64,000 bases of DNA from Eledone cirrhosa (taxonomy: Eukaryota), in the NCBI GenBank assembly GCA_964016885.1, contig OZ024764.1:24428001-24492000 (forward strand), given 5' to 3'. The position numbers and the translations under genes were made by a program. The notes beneath the pieces were generated by a model. The model saw only the letters and a list, made by a program, of their open reading frames with translations, was not told the DNA's origin and made no database searches. The first letter of the stretch is position 1. Each line of letters starts with the position of its first letter. Below are positions 1 to 11,226 of this stretch, piece by piece.

Positions 1-173
1 TTATTTGTATTGTTAACACAGCAGATATTGTGTACTTTTCTACACTCAGTGGAGAACAATCCTCATTTATTAAGACACAAACACACACTCCCTCTCTTAC
101 ACTTTCTTATACCGACATCAGTCTTACACAGTCATATATCTTCAGAACTTCGAAGAATTCTCCAAGAATTACT

Positions 174-1844
174 ATGGAGGACGTTAAACACTTGGACATT
201 TCTACCACACCTGTTTCTACCAATATAGTTAGAGTTACAGAGACATACAGTGGTGAGAAAACTTTACCTAGTGAAACATGTAATGAACAAGGATCATTAT
301 ACAGAAATATTCCTGAATATAGCTGTGAGATTTGTAGGAAAACTTTCTCATCAGAAGATGGATTATCTACACACAAACACATACATATTAAAGACAGACC
401 CTATCACTGTGAAATATGTGGGGAATCTTTTAGTAGAAGTTGTCACTTGACTAACCACAAAAGAACACACACTGGAGAAAAACCTTTCAAATGTGAAACA
501 TGTGAGAAATCTTTCAGTGTGAATTCCAATTTAATTAGGCATTTACGTAGTCACAGTGGGGAAAAACCATTTCACTGTGAAATATGTGGGAAATTTTTTA
601 GTAGGAGTGGTGACTTGACTAACCACAAAAGAACACACACAGGAGATAAACCTTTTCATTGTGAAATATGTGGGAAATCTTTCAGTCTGAATTCCAATTT
701 AATTAAGCATTTACGTAATCACAGTGGGGAAAAACCATTTCACTGTGAAATATGTGGGAAATCTTTTGCTAAGAAAGCTAATCTTGTTAGTCATATACGT
801 AGTCACACCGGAGAGAAACCTTTTCACTGTGAAATATGTGGGAAATATTTTGCTGATAATGATATACTTATAGTTCACAGAAGAACACACACAGGAGAGA
901 AACTCCATCACTGTGAAACATGTGGGAAATATTTTGTAGCAAGCAGTCATTTAACTGCACACAAAAGAACACACACTGGAGAGAAACCCTATCACTGTGA
1001 AATATGTGGGAAATATTTTCGCTGGAGTAATGTCTTGACTACACACAAAAGAACACACACTGGAGAGAGACCCTATCACTGTGAAACATGTGGGGAATCT
1101 TTTCGCTGGAGTAATGTCTTGACTACACATAAAAGAACACACACTGGGGAGAGACCCTATCACTGTGAAACATGTGGGAAATATTTTGTAACAAGCCGTT
1201 CTTTAACTGTACACAAAGTAACACATAGTGGAGAGAAACCCTATCATTGTGAAATATGTGGGGAATCTTTTCGCTGGAGTAATGTCTTAACTACACACAA
1301 AAGAACACACACTGGAGAGAGACCCTATCACTGTGAAACATGTGGGAAAGCCTTTATACAGAGCCGTTCTTTAACTATACACAAAAGAGCACACACTGGA
1401 GAGAGACCCCATCACTGTGAAACATGTGGGAAATATTTTGTAGCAAGCGGTCATTTAACTGAACATAGAAGAACACACACTGGAGAGAGACCCTATCATT
1501 GTGAAATATGTGGGAAATCTTTTCGCTGGAGTAATGTCTTGACTACACACAAAAGAACACATACTGGAGAGAGACCCTATCATTGTGAAATATGTGGGAA
1601 AGCGTTTTTACAGAGCGGTTCTTTAACTATACACAAAAGAACACACACTGGAGAGAAACCCTATAACTGTGAAATATGTGGGAAATCTTTTACAAATTCG
1701 TCTAAACTCATTGTCCACAAACGTACTCACACTGGAGAAAAGCCTTTCCACTGTGAAATATGTGAGAAATCTTTCATTAGTAGCAGTGGTTATAATAAAC
1801 ACAAAAGAACACACCCTGGAGAGAGACCCTATTCCCTGTTGTAG
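174..1844 (+). CDS. C2H2 zinc-finger protein, 18 tandem fingers (probably the last/main coding exon)
   Basis: ORF 30-1844 with 18 CxxC-x12-HxxxH units and TGEKP/TGERP linkers. First ATG at 174 in ACTATGG context; possible acceptor AGs at 48-49 and 144-145; AATAAA at 2177-2182. Confidence 0.93.
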   Translation: MEDVKHLDISTTPVSTNIVRVTETYSGEKTLPSETCNEQGSLYRNIPEYSCEICRKTFSSEDGLSTHKHIHIKDRPYHCEICGESFSRSCHLTNHKRTHTGEKPFKCETCEKSFSVNSNLIRHLRSHSGEKPFHCEICGKFFSRSGDLTNHKRTHTGDKPFHCEICGKSFSLNSNLIKHLRNHSGEKPFHCEICGKSFAKKANLVSHIRSHTGEKPFHCEICGKYFADNDILIVHRRTHTGEKLHHCETCGKYFVASSHLTAHKRTHTGEKPYHCEICGKYFRWSNVLTTHKRTHTGERPYHCETCGESFRWSNVLTTHKRTHTGERPYHCETCGKYFVTSRSLTVHKVTHSGEKPYHCEICGESFRWSNVLTTHKRTHTGERPYHCETCGKAFIQSRSLTIHKRAHTGERPHHCETCGKYFVASGHLTEHRRTHTGERPYHCEICGKSFRWSNVLTTHKRTHTGERPYHCEICGKAFLQSGSLTIHKRTHTGEKPYNCEICGKSFTNSSKLIVHKRTHTGEKPFHCEICEKSFISSSGYNKHKRTHPGERPYSLL

Positions 1845-2035
1845 TGTGTAATTAAGAGACCCTCTATCACCTGAGGTAATGACTTCTCTGCTATGATAAT
1901 TTTTAGAGGCTTACAGCAACATTCCCTGTTGTAGTGTGTAATTAAGGGACCCTCTATCCCATGCGGTAATTCTATGAGTGTCTAGTCTCAGAAATTTTAG
2001 AGGGTAACACCAACATTCTCTGTTATAGTAATTCA
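1831..2035 (+). repeat. ~90-bp tandem triplication overlapping the ZNF stop codon
   Basis: attccctgttgtagtgtgtaattaag at 1831 and 1921, diverged attctctgttatagtaatt at ~2014. Confidence 0.75.
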
Positions 2036-2389
2036 AGGAGTAGTTTTACCTGTTTTCCTTTTTCTTTTTGACTCCCTTTTTTTTTTATTGATTTCATTGT
2101 TTTGTAAATAATTTATTAATTTTTCATAATTACTTTTATAAAGTGTATCTATGTCCTAAATTTCATTCTACTTGTTAATAAAAGAATTATATTCAAGAAT
2201 TTAAATGTGTAAGGATGTTGACTGATTTATGGGGTTTTTGGGGGGGGAAAGAGAAAATTCTGGCTCCAGATTTTATTACCTAGGGAGATTAAATACCACA
2301 CCTCTGGCTGAAAGCTGACCAGGTTTCAACCCCTCGTTGTGAACCTTTAGTCTAGTATATATATATAGTCTAGTATATATATAGTATAA

Positions 2390-2801
2390 TATAAAATATT
2401 AAAAAAATAATGAATAAAACAATGAAACAGTTCCTTATATTAAACAAAAAAAGTTCATTATTTAACGATCGTTTCTAGGATATATATGTGTTAGAATTGG
2501 CATGCATATTCAACAGATCTATGTACAAAATTATACAAAATTATACAAACTATCAAGATTAAATATACATATCCAACACATATATATGCCGTCTTCAGAA
2601 ATAATGAAGACGGCATATATATGTGTTTGGTATGTATATTTAATTTTGATAGTTTGTATAATTTTGTACATAGATCTGTTTAATATGCATGCCAATTCTT
2701 ACACATATATATCCTAGAAACGATCGTTAAATAATGAACTTTTTTTGTTTAATATAAGGAACTGTTTCATTGTTTTATTCATTATTTTTTTAATATTTTA
2801 T
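2390..2801. repeat. ~205-bp-arm inverted repeat (Penelope-type inverted terminal repeat)
   Basis: Arms are near-perfect reverse complements around gccgtcttca-gaaataa-tgaagacggc (centre ~2601). Confidence 0.9.
2459..2603 (-). ncRNA. Type I hammerhead ribozyme motif with very long stem II
   Basis: Minus strand: tattt CTGAAGA [~115 nt, closed by atatatatgtg/cacatatatat] GAAAC gatc GTT aaata; stem III ACGAUCGU is palindromic. Confidence 0.65.
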
Positions 2802-3024
2802 CTTGACTCTGTATTCCGTTTATCTTTCACCGAAAGTGATTTTTCATTGCATCTCTTCTTTCCATGATATCCGGATTACATTGAGTTCTTCATACGGATT
2901 GGACACTACCGTAAACTCTTGGTAGATTTATCTACATAGTATAATATATATATATATATAGTGTAGTATAATATATATATATACAATTATGAGCACAGCA
3001 ACAAATATATAGGAACAACAAGAA

Positions 3025-4676
3025 TATGAAGACGTCGCATCTCAGAGTTGCCACACTTAATGTTGGCACTCTCACAGGTAGATCTGGTGAAATAGTGGAG
3101 ATGCTGGAGAGAAGGCATGTGGATGTGTGCTGTGTGCAAGAGGTGCCTCTGCGAGACTAGTTGCAGGCAAACATCTTAGCTATAAGCTTTTCTGGGTTAG
3201 GGGGAGTAGGCATTTTCCTGGCTGAGAGATGGATCAATAAGACAATAGAGGTAGTTCGAGTTAGTAATAGAATAATTAAGCTTAGATTAGTTGTAGGCAG
3301 GAGACTACTGACAATCATCTCGGCCTATGCTCCCCAAGCAGGCCTAGGCAAAGATGAGAAAGACTGCTTTTACGAGCAACTTTTACAAACAGCCGCAATG
3401 ACAGAGGACAGAGACATCGTTATGCTAGCAGGGGACTTCAATGGTCATGCTGGACAGCTCCAGGATGGTTACACTGGGGTACATGGTGGCCAAGGTTACG
3501 GCTCAAGAAATGAAGGAGTGAGACTTCTTGAATTTTGTGATGCAAGTACATTGACTATTTGCAACGCTAACTTCCAGAAATCTGGAAGAGAGAAATTACC
3601 CTCAGATCCGACAGAGAGACCAGCTATTGAGATTGACGAATATAGGGTCCAAGAGGCGATTAAGGAAATGAAAAATGGTAAGGCTGCTGGACCGTCGATG
3701 ATAGTTGCTGAGATGCTGAAGGCATCATGGGATGTAGACATTAAACTGGTTGCATGCATCATCAATCAGGCTATATATGGTGGTGTCATACCCAAAGACT
3801 GGTGCAGCAGTATTCTCATGAATTGCTTCAAAGGTAAAGGGGATGCTCTGGAGAGGAGCAATTGTAGGGGCATAAAACTGATGGATCAGGTTATGAAAGT
3901 GGCAGAAAGGATATTAGCACAACTAAAGATCCTGGGTATTCAAGAGATGTAGTGGGATAGCAGGTAGGGAGAAATACGTATGCAGTAGATGACAGTAGAA
4001 GTCGCATTGATAGACACATTTTTCAAATGCAGGAAGGTGCTATAGAAGTGGTTGATAGCTTCCGGTACCGAGGAGATCAGATTAGCATGGGAGGGGGGGG
4101 GGGTTCCGAGGCCATAGTATCTAGAATAAGGACGGGTTGGAAGAAGTTTAGGGAGCTGCTTCCTCTGCTGACGAAGAAGGATTTCTCCCTGCGTACGAAA
4201 GGCCGGTTATATGATGCCTGTGTGAGGAGCGCGATGCTGCATGGTAGTGAGACATGGGCAGCAACTGCAGAGGATATGCGACGGCTGGAGAGAAATGAGG
4301 CAAGCATGCTCCGTTGGATGTGCAATGTCAATATGCGTGAACGACCCAGCATGGATGTGTTGAGAGAGAAACTGTGTCTGAGAGGGATAGAATGTAGTGT
4401 ACGGGAGAGGAGACTGAGGTGGTATGGACATGTGATGCGCATGGGGGATGACCGATGGCTGAAGAAGTGCCAGGAAATGCCAGTTGAAGGAAGACGTGGT
4501 AGAGGTAGATCACGAAAAACATGGGCGAAGGTGGTGAGAGCAGACCTCAGATTGCTGAAGCTCACGGTGGAGATGACGAAGGACCGTGACAAGTGGAGAG
4601 ATGCTGTGCTGAATAAGACCCGTCCCACCCTTGCAAGCAGGGAAAAGCAAACATAAAATGATGATGATGATGATGA
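3025..4676 (+). mobile_element. RTE-clade LINE, internally deleted (APE remnant, RT start, C-terminus, (GAT)n tail)
   Basis: [63 protein letters not shown]; central RT missing; tail atgatgatg. Confidence 0.9.
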
Positions 4677-4699
4677 TATATATATATATAAGGATCTAC

Positions 4700-5792
4700 C
4701 CTTATTGAGTGCTTTGCTAACTCATTCCTATTGTAGGTCGACTTTGCTTGCTCACAGCCAAAGCTTCGATTTTACTAAGCTTCCACTTGAAAATAAACAA
4801 GTGGTGGCGGTTGAAGTTGGAAGAAGGAGGCGGGGGGATCCAAGCGGGGGAGGATTGACGGTGGTGTTTGTGTAGGTGTACGTGTGCGCGCGTGTGTGAG
4901 AGTTGGGGGAAGAACGAGGTTCCATGTTCAGGAAAGGGTGTGTGCGTGGGGTGGGGTGTAAGTCGGTGTGGATGGGGGAGGGGAGGGTAGGTGTGCGTGT
5001 GTATGTGAATGTGAGAGTTGGGGGAAGAACGAGGTTCCATGTTCAGGAAAGTACGTGGGGTGGGGTGTAAGTCGGTGTGGATTGGGGAGGGGGTGGGCGT
5101 GGGTGTGTGGATTCCCGGAGGCTGAGTGTGTATATGTGGGGGTGCGCACGTGTGTGTTGGTGTTTATACGTGGTGTGGATGTAGGTGGCGTGATTCGAAA
5201 AAAAAGTGAGTGTTTGTTCGTGGGTAAGTTCCTGAGGTAGTTCCGTGGAGTGTGCGACGAGATGTTGGATATTTCTCATGTTATAGAGTGGGTGTTAGTA
5301 TACTGGTGGTGGGGAGAGGGTTGAATGCGGGTGTGTAAGTGGGGGTTAGTGGTGGTTGGGTGTGTGGAGTGGGTGGTGTACGTAGGTGTGGGTGTGTGAT
5401 GGTGTGTGTGTGTTAGTATTGTTAGTTGAGGGTGGGGCGGTGAAAAGGAGGAGTGTGTTAGTGGAGGATGTGTGGGGGGAAAGGTGGGCGGTCGAAGGCT
5501 AAAGGAATAGGGGTGGGGAGTTCAGGAGGGGGTGTGTGTAGGTCGGTAGGGTGAAGATGGTGCGTTGTTCGAATGTGAGGCGGGTGTCGGATGTTCCATG
5601 GCAGTGGAGTAGGCCACAGACTGTGAGGTGGGGGACGGAATGCCAAAGTGGTGTGCGATGGGGGAACTCCCGCCGAGACGAATATCCCGGAAGTGTTCCA
5701 TGAACTGATCCACCACGCGACGTTCAGTCTGTACAACGTAGGTCGCAGTGCACTCCATGTAGCGAAGTCCATAGACTAGGTTGGAAATGTTG
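4700..5792 (-). mobile_element. Penelope-like element 3' fragment (degenerate GIY-YIG endonuclease plus C/A-rich 3' region)
   Basis: NISNLVYGL..CTATYVVQTERRVVDQFMEHFRDIR..PIAHHF resembles the PLE GIY-YIG pattern NLVY..C..YVGQT.R..RF.EH. Confidence 0.7.
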
Positions 5793-5947
5793 TATATATA
5801 TGTATATATATATATATATAATGTAGGAGGTGAGTTTTATTGTAGTACAATAAAGCAATGCAGATATCGGATAAGAAGCACTCTACAGTATGTGGGACTG
5901 GAGTATGCATAATATAAGATCAAAAGATGGTTAAAGGAGTTCAATAT

Positions 5948-6016
5948 ATTTTATTATGCGCATTTCAAAAACAAACATCATCAAACAATAATATTTGTGT
6001 TTTCATCAGATAAAAC
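5948..6016 (-). ncRNA. Minimal type I hammerhead ribozyme
   Basis: gttttat CTGATGA [stem II] GAAAT gcgc ATA ataaaat; stem III AUGCGCAU is a perfect palindrome. Confidence 0.8.
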
Positions 6017-6083
6017 AGGAGAACATGATATGAAGGCTAAAAAAACACTTGTTGATAGTGCAGTTTTAAATCAACATATATGT

Positions 6084-6179
<96 letters not shown>

Positions 6180-6281
6180 GTATGAATGAAGTAATTCCGT
6201 AGGAAAAGTCAAGGAAAAAAGAGTGCTCTATGTAGGTAACAGAGCTTAATAGTTATGTAATAAACAACATAAGGCAATTAT

Positions 6282-6339
6282 TCCATTTACCAGTGGTTTC
6301 TTAAAAGCAAAAAATTTTGCTTTCAATCCTCAGAATGAA
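6282..6339 (-). ncRNA. Hammerhead ribozyme motif
   Basis: ttcatt CTGAGGA ttgaaagcaa..ttgcttttaa GAAAC cactg GTA aatgga. Confidence 0.75.
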
Positions 6340-6468
6340 AAAATCCTGGTGTATCTATTGAATTTGGATTTTAAAAACAAAAATGCAATCTATTTGAAAG
6401 TGAGGCTGGAGAAAGAAGAAGGAAAGGAAAAATAAAATAAAACCACACATGCAAACACACACACACAA

Positions 6469-6499
<31 letters not shown>

Positions 6500-6506
6500 C
6501 ATACAT

Positions 6507-6547
<41 letters not shown>

Positions 6548-6708
6548 CACTCATACATACATACACACATATACACATATATATGTGTATATAAATACAC
6601 ATATACACATACATATACACATACATACATACGCACATAAATATCAACACATCCATACATACACATATACGACCACACACACATATATACACACATATAT
6701 ATATAGAA

Positions 6709-6747
<39 letters not shown>

Positions 6748-7164
6748 CATATATATATACATGCATACACATACACATACATAGCCATACACACATACAT
6801 ATACATACATACATGCACACAATCATACCTATATACACACGTACATACATACACATACATAAATGCGTACATATGCATGTACAAAATTAGAAAAATATAC
6901 ACACCTCTACATATGCAAATAAATATAAGAAAAAATATATATAAAAAATAAAGACAATTAGCCAGTTGACAGCGATACAGCGACGAGTAGATGAACAAAC
7001 ACGCGTGGTAAGCAATACACACAAATACACGTACACATACGTACGAAAAGGTAAATACATACACACACTCTCACACATAAATATACATATACAAATACAT
7101 TAACACAAACACATACACATACACAAACACACACACACATATATACATATATACACACACATAT

Positions 7165-7207
<43 letters not shown>

Positions 7208-7387
7208 CACACACACATACACACATATATATATACACATACACACACACATACATACATAGCTATACAATTATACACATACAAATACGTACATATCACA
7301 AACACGCACAACCAAATACAAGCACACACACACACATACATATATACATATATATAGTAGTAATGTAATAAACAACAAGGCAATTAT

Positions 7388-7446
7388 TCCATTCACCAGT
7401 GGTTTCTTAAAAGCAAAAAAATGTTGCCTTCAATCCTCAGAATGAA
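7388..7446 (-). ncRNA. Hammerhead motif with GUG triplet (predicted inactive)
   Basis: Same family as 6282 and 9084 but the cleavage triplet reads GTG instead of GTA. Confidence 0.65.
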
Positions 7447-7479
7447 AAAAACCTGGTCTATCTACATATACATATATAT

Positions 7480-7528
<49 letters not shown>

Positions 7529-7916
7529 CATACATTTTGGTATGTGAAGGGTAAGTCAAAAAGAATATATGGGGGGGGGGGGGGAAGGCATAGGAAAATG
7601 TGAAATATAAGGGGAGATAAGGGAGAAAAAAATACAGAAGTATAGAAAAGTACAGAACGTGGATTCAGCAAATAAAAAAAACGTAGCAGAAGTAAAGAGC
7701 AGGAAAGGAGTTCAAGGCGGTTGATTTATATTAGGAGTGTCAATCCAGTTACAGATCAGATGTGATTTCAGATTCGTTATTTGTTTTTATCGTCTCCGTT
7801 GAACCGGTACGTACTCACGCTCTATGCAAATTAGTCTGCCCACTACTAATTTTCATAGAAAAAGCATATAACGATATGTGCTTTTACGATTCTCTAGAGA
7901 GGCCGGAAGATAGGTA

Positions 7917-7961
7917 AATATTGCTGATGAGATGTAACAACATCGAAACTAGTTCAATATT
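7917..7961 (+). ncRNA. Minimal type I hammerhead ribozyme (copy 1)
   Basis: aatattg CTGATGA gatgt-aaca-acatc GAAAC ta GTT caatatt: 7-bp stem I, 5-bp stem II, palindromic ACUAGU stem III. Confidence 0.88.
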
Positions 7962-8382
7962 CCTTGTCTGGCTTTCTGGAGAATAGAGGAAAGGTGTTTC
8001 CTCAAAAACCAGTATGACTCTAAAAACCGGTTTGTCTGTGTGTTTACATACAGAATAGCTGGACACTCACAGTAAAGTGACCAGTGAAAAACTCGGTACA
8101 TCTACATATGTATACGTGTGTGTATTCATATGCATACTAGTATTTCAGTATACATATGTGGATGTACATTTTTAACTTAATTGTTTAAGCGTCAGTCATA
8201 CAAAAGTGAGTTACAAACGAAACGAAATTTAATTTCGTTTCGTTATTTGTTTTTATCGTCTCCGTTGAACCGGTACGTACTCACGCTCTATGCAAATTAG
8301 TCTGCCCACTACTAATTTTCATAGAAAAAGCATATAACGATATGTGCTTTTACGATTCTCTAGAGAGGCCGGAAGATAGGTA

Positions 8383-8427
8383 AATATTGCTGATGAGATG
8401 TAACAACATCGAAACTAGTTCAATATT
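8383..8427 (+). ncRNA. Minimal type I hammerhead ribozyme (copy 2)
   Basis: Identical to 7917-7961, offset 466 bp. Confidence 0.88.
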
Positions 8428-8919
8428 CCTTGTCTGGCTTTCTGGAGAATAGAGGAAAGGTGTTTCCTCAAAAACCAGTATGACTCTAAAAACCGGTTTG
8501 TCTGTGTGTTTACATACAGAATAGCTGGACACTCACAGTAAAGTGACCAGTGAAAAACTCGGTACATCTACATATGTATACGTGTGTGTATTCATATGCA
8601 TACTAGTATTTCAGTATACATATGTGGATGTACATTTTTAACTTAATTGTTTAAGCGTCAGTCATACAAAAGTGAGTTACAAACGAAACGAAATTTAATT
8701 TCGTTTCGTTATTTGTTTTTATATATATATATATTTATATATATATATTTCTATTTCTATATATATGTGTGTGTGGTCGTATATGTGTATGTATGGATGT
8801 GTTGATATTTATGTGCGTATGTATGTATGTGTATATGTGTATTTATATACACATATATATGTGTATATGTGTGTATGTATGAGTGTATGTATATATATAT
8901 ATAGGTGTGTGTATGTATG

Positions 8920-8958
<39 letters not shown>

Positions 8959-9083
8959 TTGTGTGTGTTTGCATGTGTGGTTTTATTTTATTTTTCCTTT
9001 CCTTCTTCTTTCTCCAGCCTCACTTTCATATAGATTGCATTTTTGTTTTTAAAATCCAAATTCAATAAACAGACCAGGATTTT

Positions 9084-9141
9084 TTCATTCTGAGGATTGA
9101 AAGCAACATTTTTTGCTTTTAAGAAACCACTGGTAAATGGA
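9084..9141 (+). ncRNA. Hammerhead ribozyme motif
   Basis: ttcatt CTGAGGA ttgaaagcaa..ttgcttttaa GAAAC cactg GTA aatgga. Confidence 0.75.
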
Positions 9142-9171
9142 ATAATTGCCTTATGTTGTTTATTACATAAC

Positions 9172-9962
9172 TATATATATATATATATATACTAGACTAT
9201 ATATATAGATACTACACTATATATATATATATATACTACACTATATATATATATAGTGTAGTATATATATATAGTGTAGTATTTATATATATATATATAT
9301 ATAGTGTAGTATATATATATATATATAGTGTAGTATATATATATAGTGTAGTATATATATATATATATATATATATACTACACTATATATATATATATAG
9401 ATTAGTATATATATATATATACTACACTATATATATATATATAGTGTAGTGTATATATATATATATATGTAGTGTAGTATCTATATATATAGTGTAGTAT
9501 ATATATATATATATATAGTGTAGTATATATATATATATATATAGTGTAGTATATAATATATATATATACTACACTATATATATATATATATATAGTGTAG
9601 TATATATATACTACACTATATATATATATATATACTACACTATATATATATATATAGTGTAGTATATATATAGTGTAGTATATATATATATATATAGTGT
9701 AGTATATATATATATATAGTGTAGTATATATATAGTGTAGTATATATATAGTGTAGTATATATATATATATAGTGTAGTATATATATAGTGTAGTATATA
9801 TATATATATATAGTGTAGTATATATATATATATAGTGTAGTATATATATAGTGTAGTATATATATAGTGTAGTATATATATACTACACTATATATATATA
9901 TATAGTGTAGTATATATATATATATATAGTGTAGTATATATATAGTGTAGTATATATATATA
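9172..9962. repeat. (TA)n microsatellite punctuated by GTGTAG/CTACAC
   Basis: Direct reading; the spacer occurs in both orientations. Confidence 0.9.
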
Positions 9963-10041
9963 CATTTATGTTTGTGTCTTCACCCAACCCCCACCTTTTA
10001 CTCCACCACCGCTTACTTACTTTTCATTTCTTCTCTTAATA

Positions 10042-10163
10042 GCTCTCTCTCCCTCTCACTCTCTCCCTCTCTCCCTCTCACTCTCTCTCTCTCTCCCTCT
10101 CTCTCTCCATCTCACTCTCTCTCCCTCTCTCTGTCTCTCTCTCTCTCCCTCTCTCTCCCTCTT

Positions 10164-10202
<39 letters not shown>

Positions 10203-10478
10203 CTCTCTCCCTCTCTCTCTCACTCTCTCTCTCATTCTCTCTCCCTCTCCCTCTCACTCTCTCTCCCTCTCTCTGTCTGTCTCTCTCTCTCTCTCATTCT
10301 CTCTCCCTCTCTCTCTCTCTCTCTCTTTGTCTGTCTCTCTCTCTCTCACTCTCTCTCCCTCTCTCTCTCACTCTCTCTGTCTGTCTGTCTCTCTCTCTCT
10401 CACTCTCTCTCCCTCCCTCTCACACTCTCTCTCCCTCTCTCTCCCTATCTCTGTCTGTCTGTCTGTCTCTCTCTCTCC
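10042..10478. repeat. (CT)n-rich microsatellite
   Basis: Direct reading. Confidence 0.9.
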
Positions 10479-10828
10479 CACATCCTCCATTTGTCGAAGC
10501 TCCACTTCTTCCCCTCCCCTCCTCCCTTTCTCTGACACTTTACCTCCTTATGTATAAACTTAGCCCTCTCCCCTTCCCCCTCCCCCCTTCTTTCTCCTCT
10601 CCCTTTCTCTCTTCTCCCTCTTCCTGGCTTCTCCCCCCCACCCCCACCCCACCACATCACCCCCCGCCCCCCTCTCTACTTCTGTCCTCCACCAATTAAA
10701 ACAGAAAGTCAACTGTCCCCCAGTCTCCTCTCCTTCACACATTTCACACAAACCAGACAACAGAGACTTAAGGAAGACCAATACACACACACACACAGAT
10801 ATATATATATATATATATAGTCAAGTCC

Positions 10829-10859
<31 letters not shown>

Positions 10860-10888
10860 CTAAATATAGGTCTATATATATATAGACC

Positions 10889-10920
<32 letters not shown>

Positions 10921-10947
10921 AACTATATATATATATATAGTTCAAGA

Positions 10948-11000
<53 letters not shown>

Positions 11001-11226
11001 TGAAGGAGACAACAAACAGAGGTAGAAAAAGTGTTATTAGTTTCACGCTTTATATTGGAGAGAGGAAAGAAAGTTTGACGTGTTGGGCTTCAGCCCTTCC
11101 TCAGGAGTACAGAGACAGGAATGTGTTACTGGCAATATGTCAGGTTTATTGTGTCCGAGTATGAAGGTAAGTGATGTCATTTTTTAATGTATATGTAGGA
11201 AATTATATATAATGTACATGACTGGG

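Larger units (their letters stand above)
7773..8722 (+). repeat. 466-bp head-to-tail dimer, one hammerhead per unit (retrozyme-like or tandem PLE terminal repeat)
   Basis: Units start at 7773, 8239 and 8705 (partial); no differences seen by eye; ORF track gives identical ORFs 466 bp apart. Confidence 0.9.
6252..9172. mobile_element. Non-autonomous Penelope-like structure: two direct terminal repeats (from ~6252 and ~7362) and one inverted copy (~8725-9172)
   Basis: ~6252-6720 is the reverse complement of ~8725-9172; 7362-7462 repeats ~6254-6355; each carries a hammerhead motif. Confidence 0.7.

Noticed and set aside
2300-2352. Possible hammerhead (GAAACCTGGTC, minus); similar weak cases at ~20410-20460 and ~43045-43095
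   Set aside because: CUGANGA or GAAA core too degenerate to support a call.
6355-7383. YI/CV-repeat ORFs here and elsewhere in the window
   Set aside because: Translations of dinucleotide microsatellites.
7819-7858. ATGCAAAT octamer in a hairpin as a snRNA-type promoter element
   Set aside because: No snRNA or proximal element recognisable; an 8-mer alone is weak evidence.
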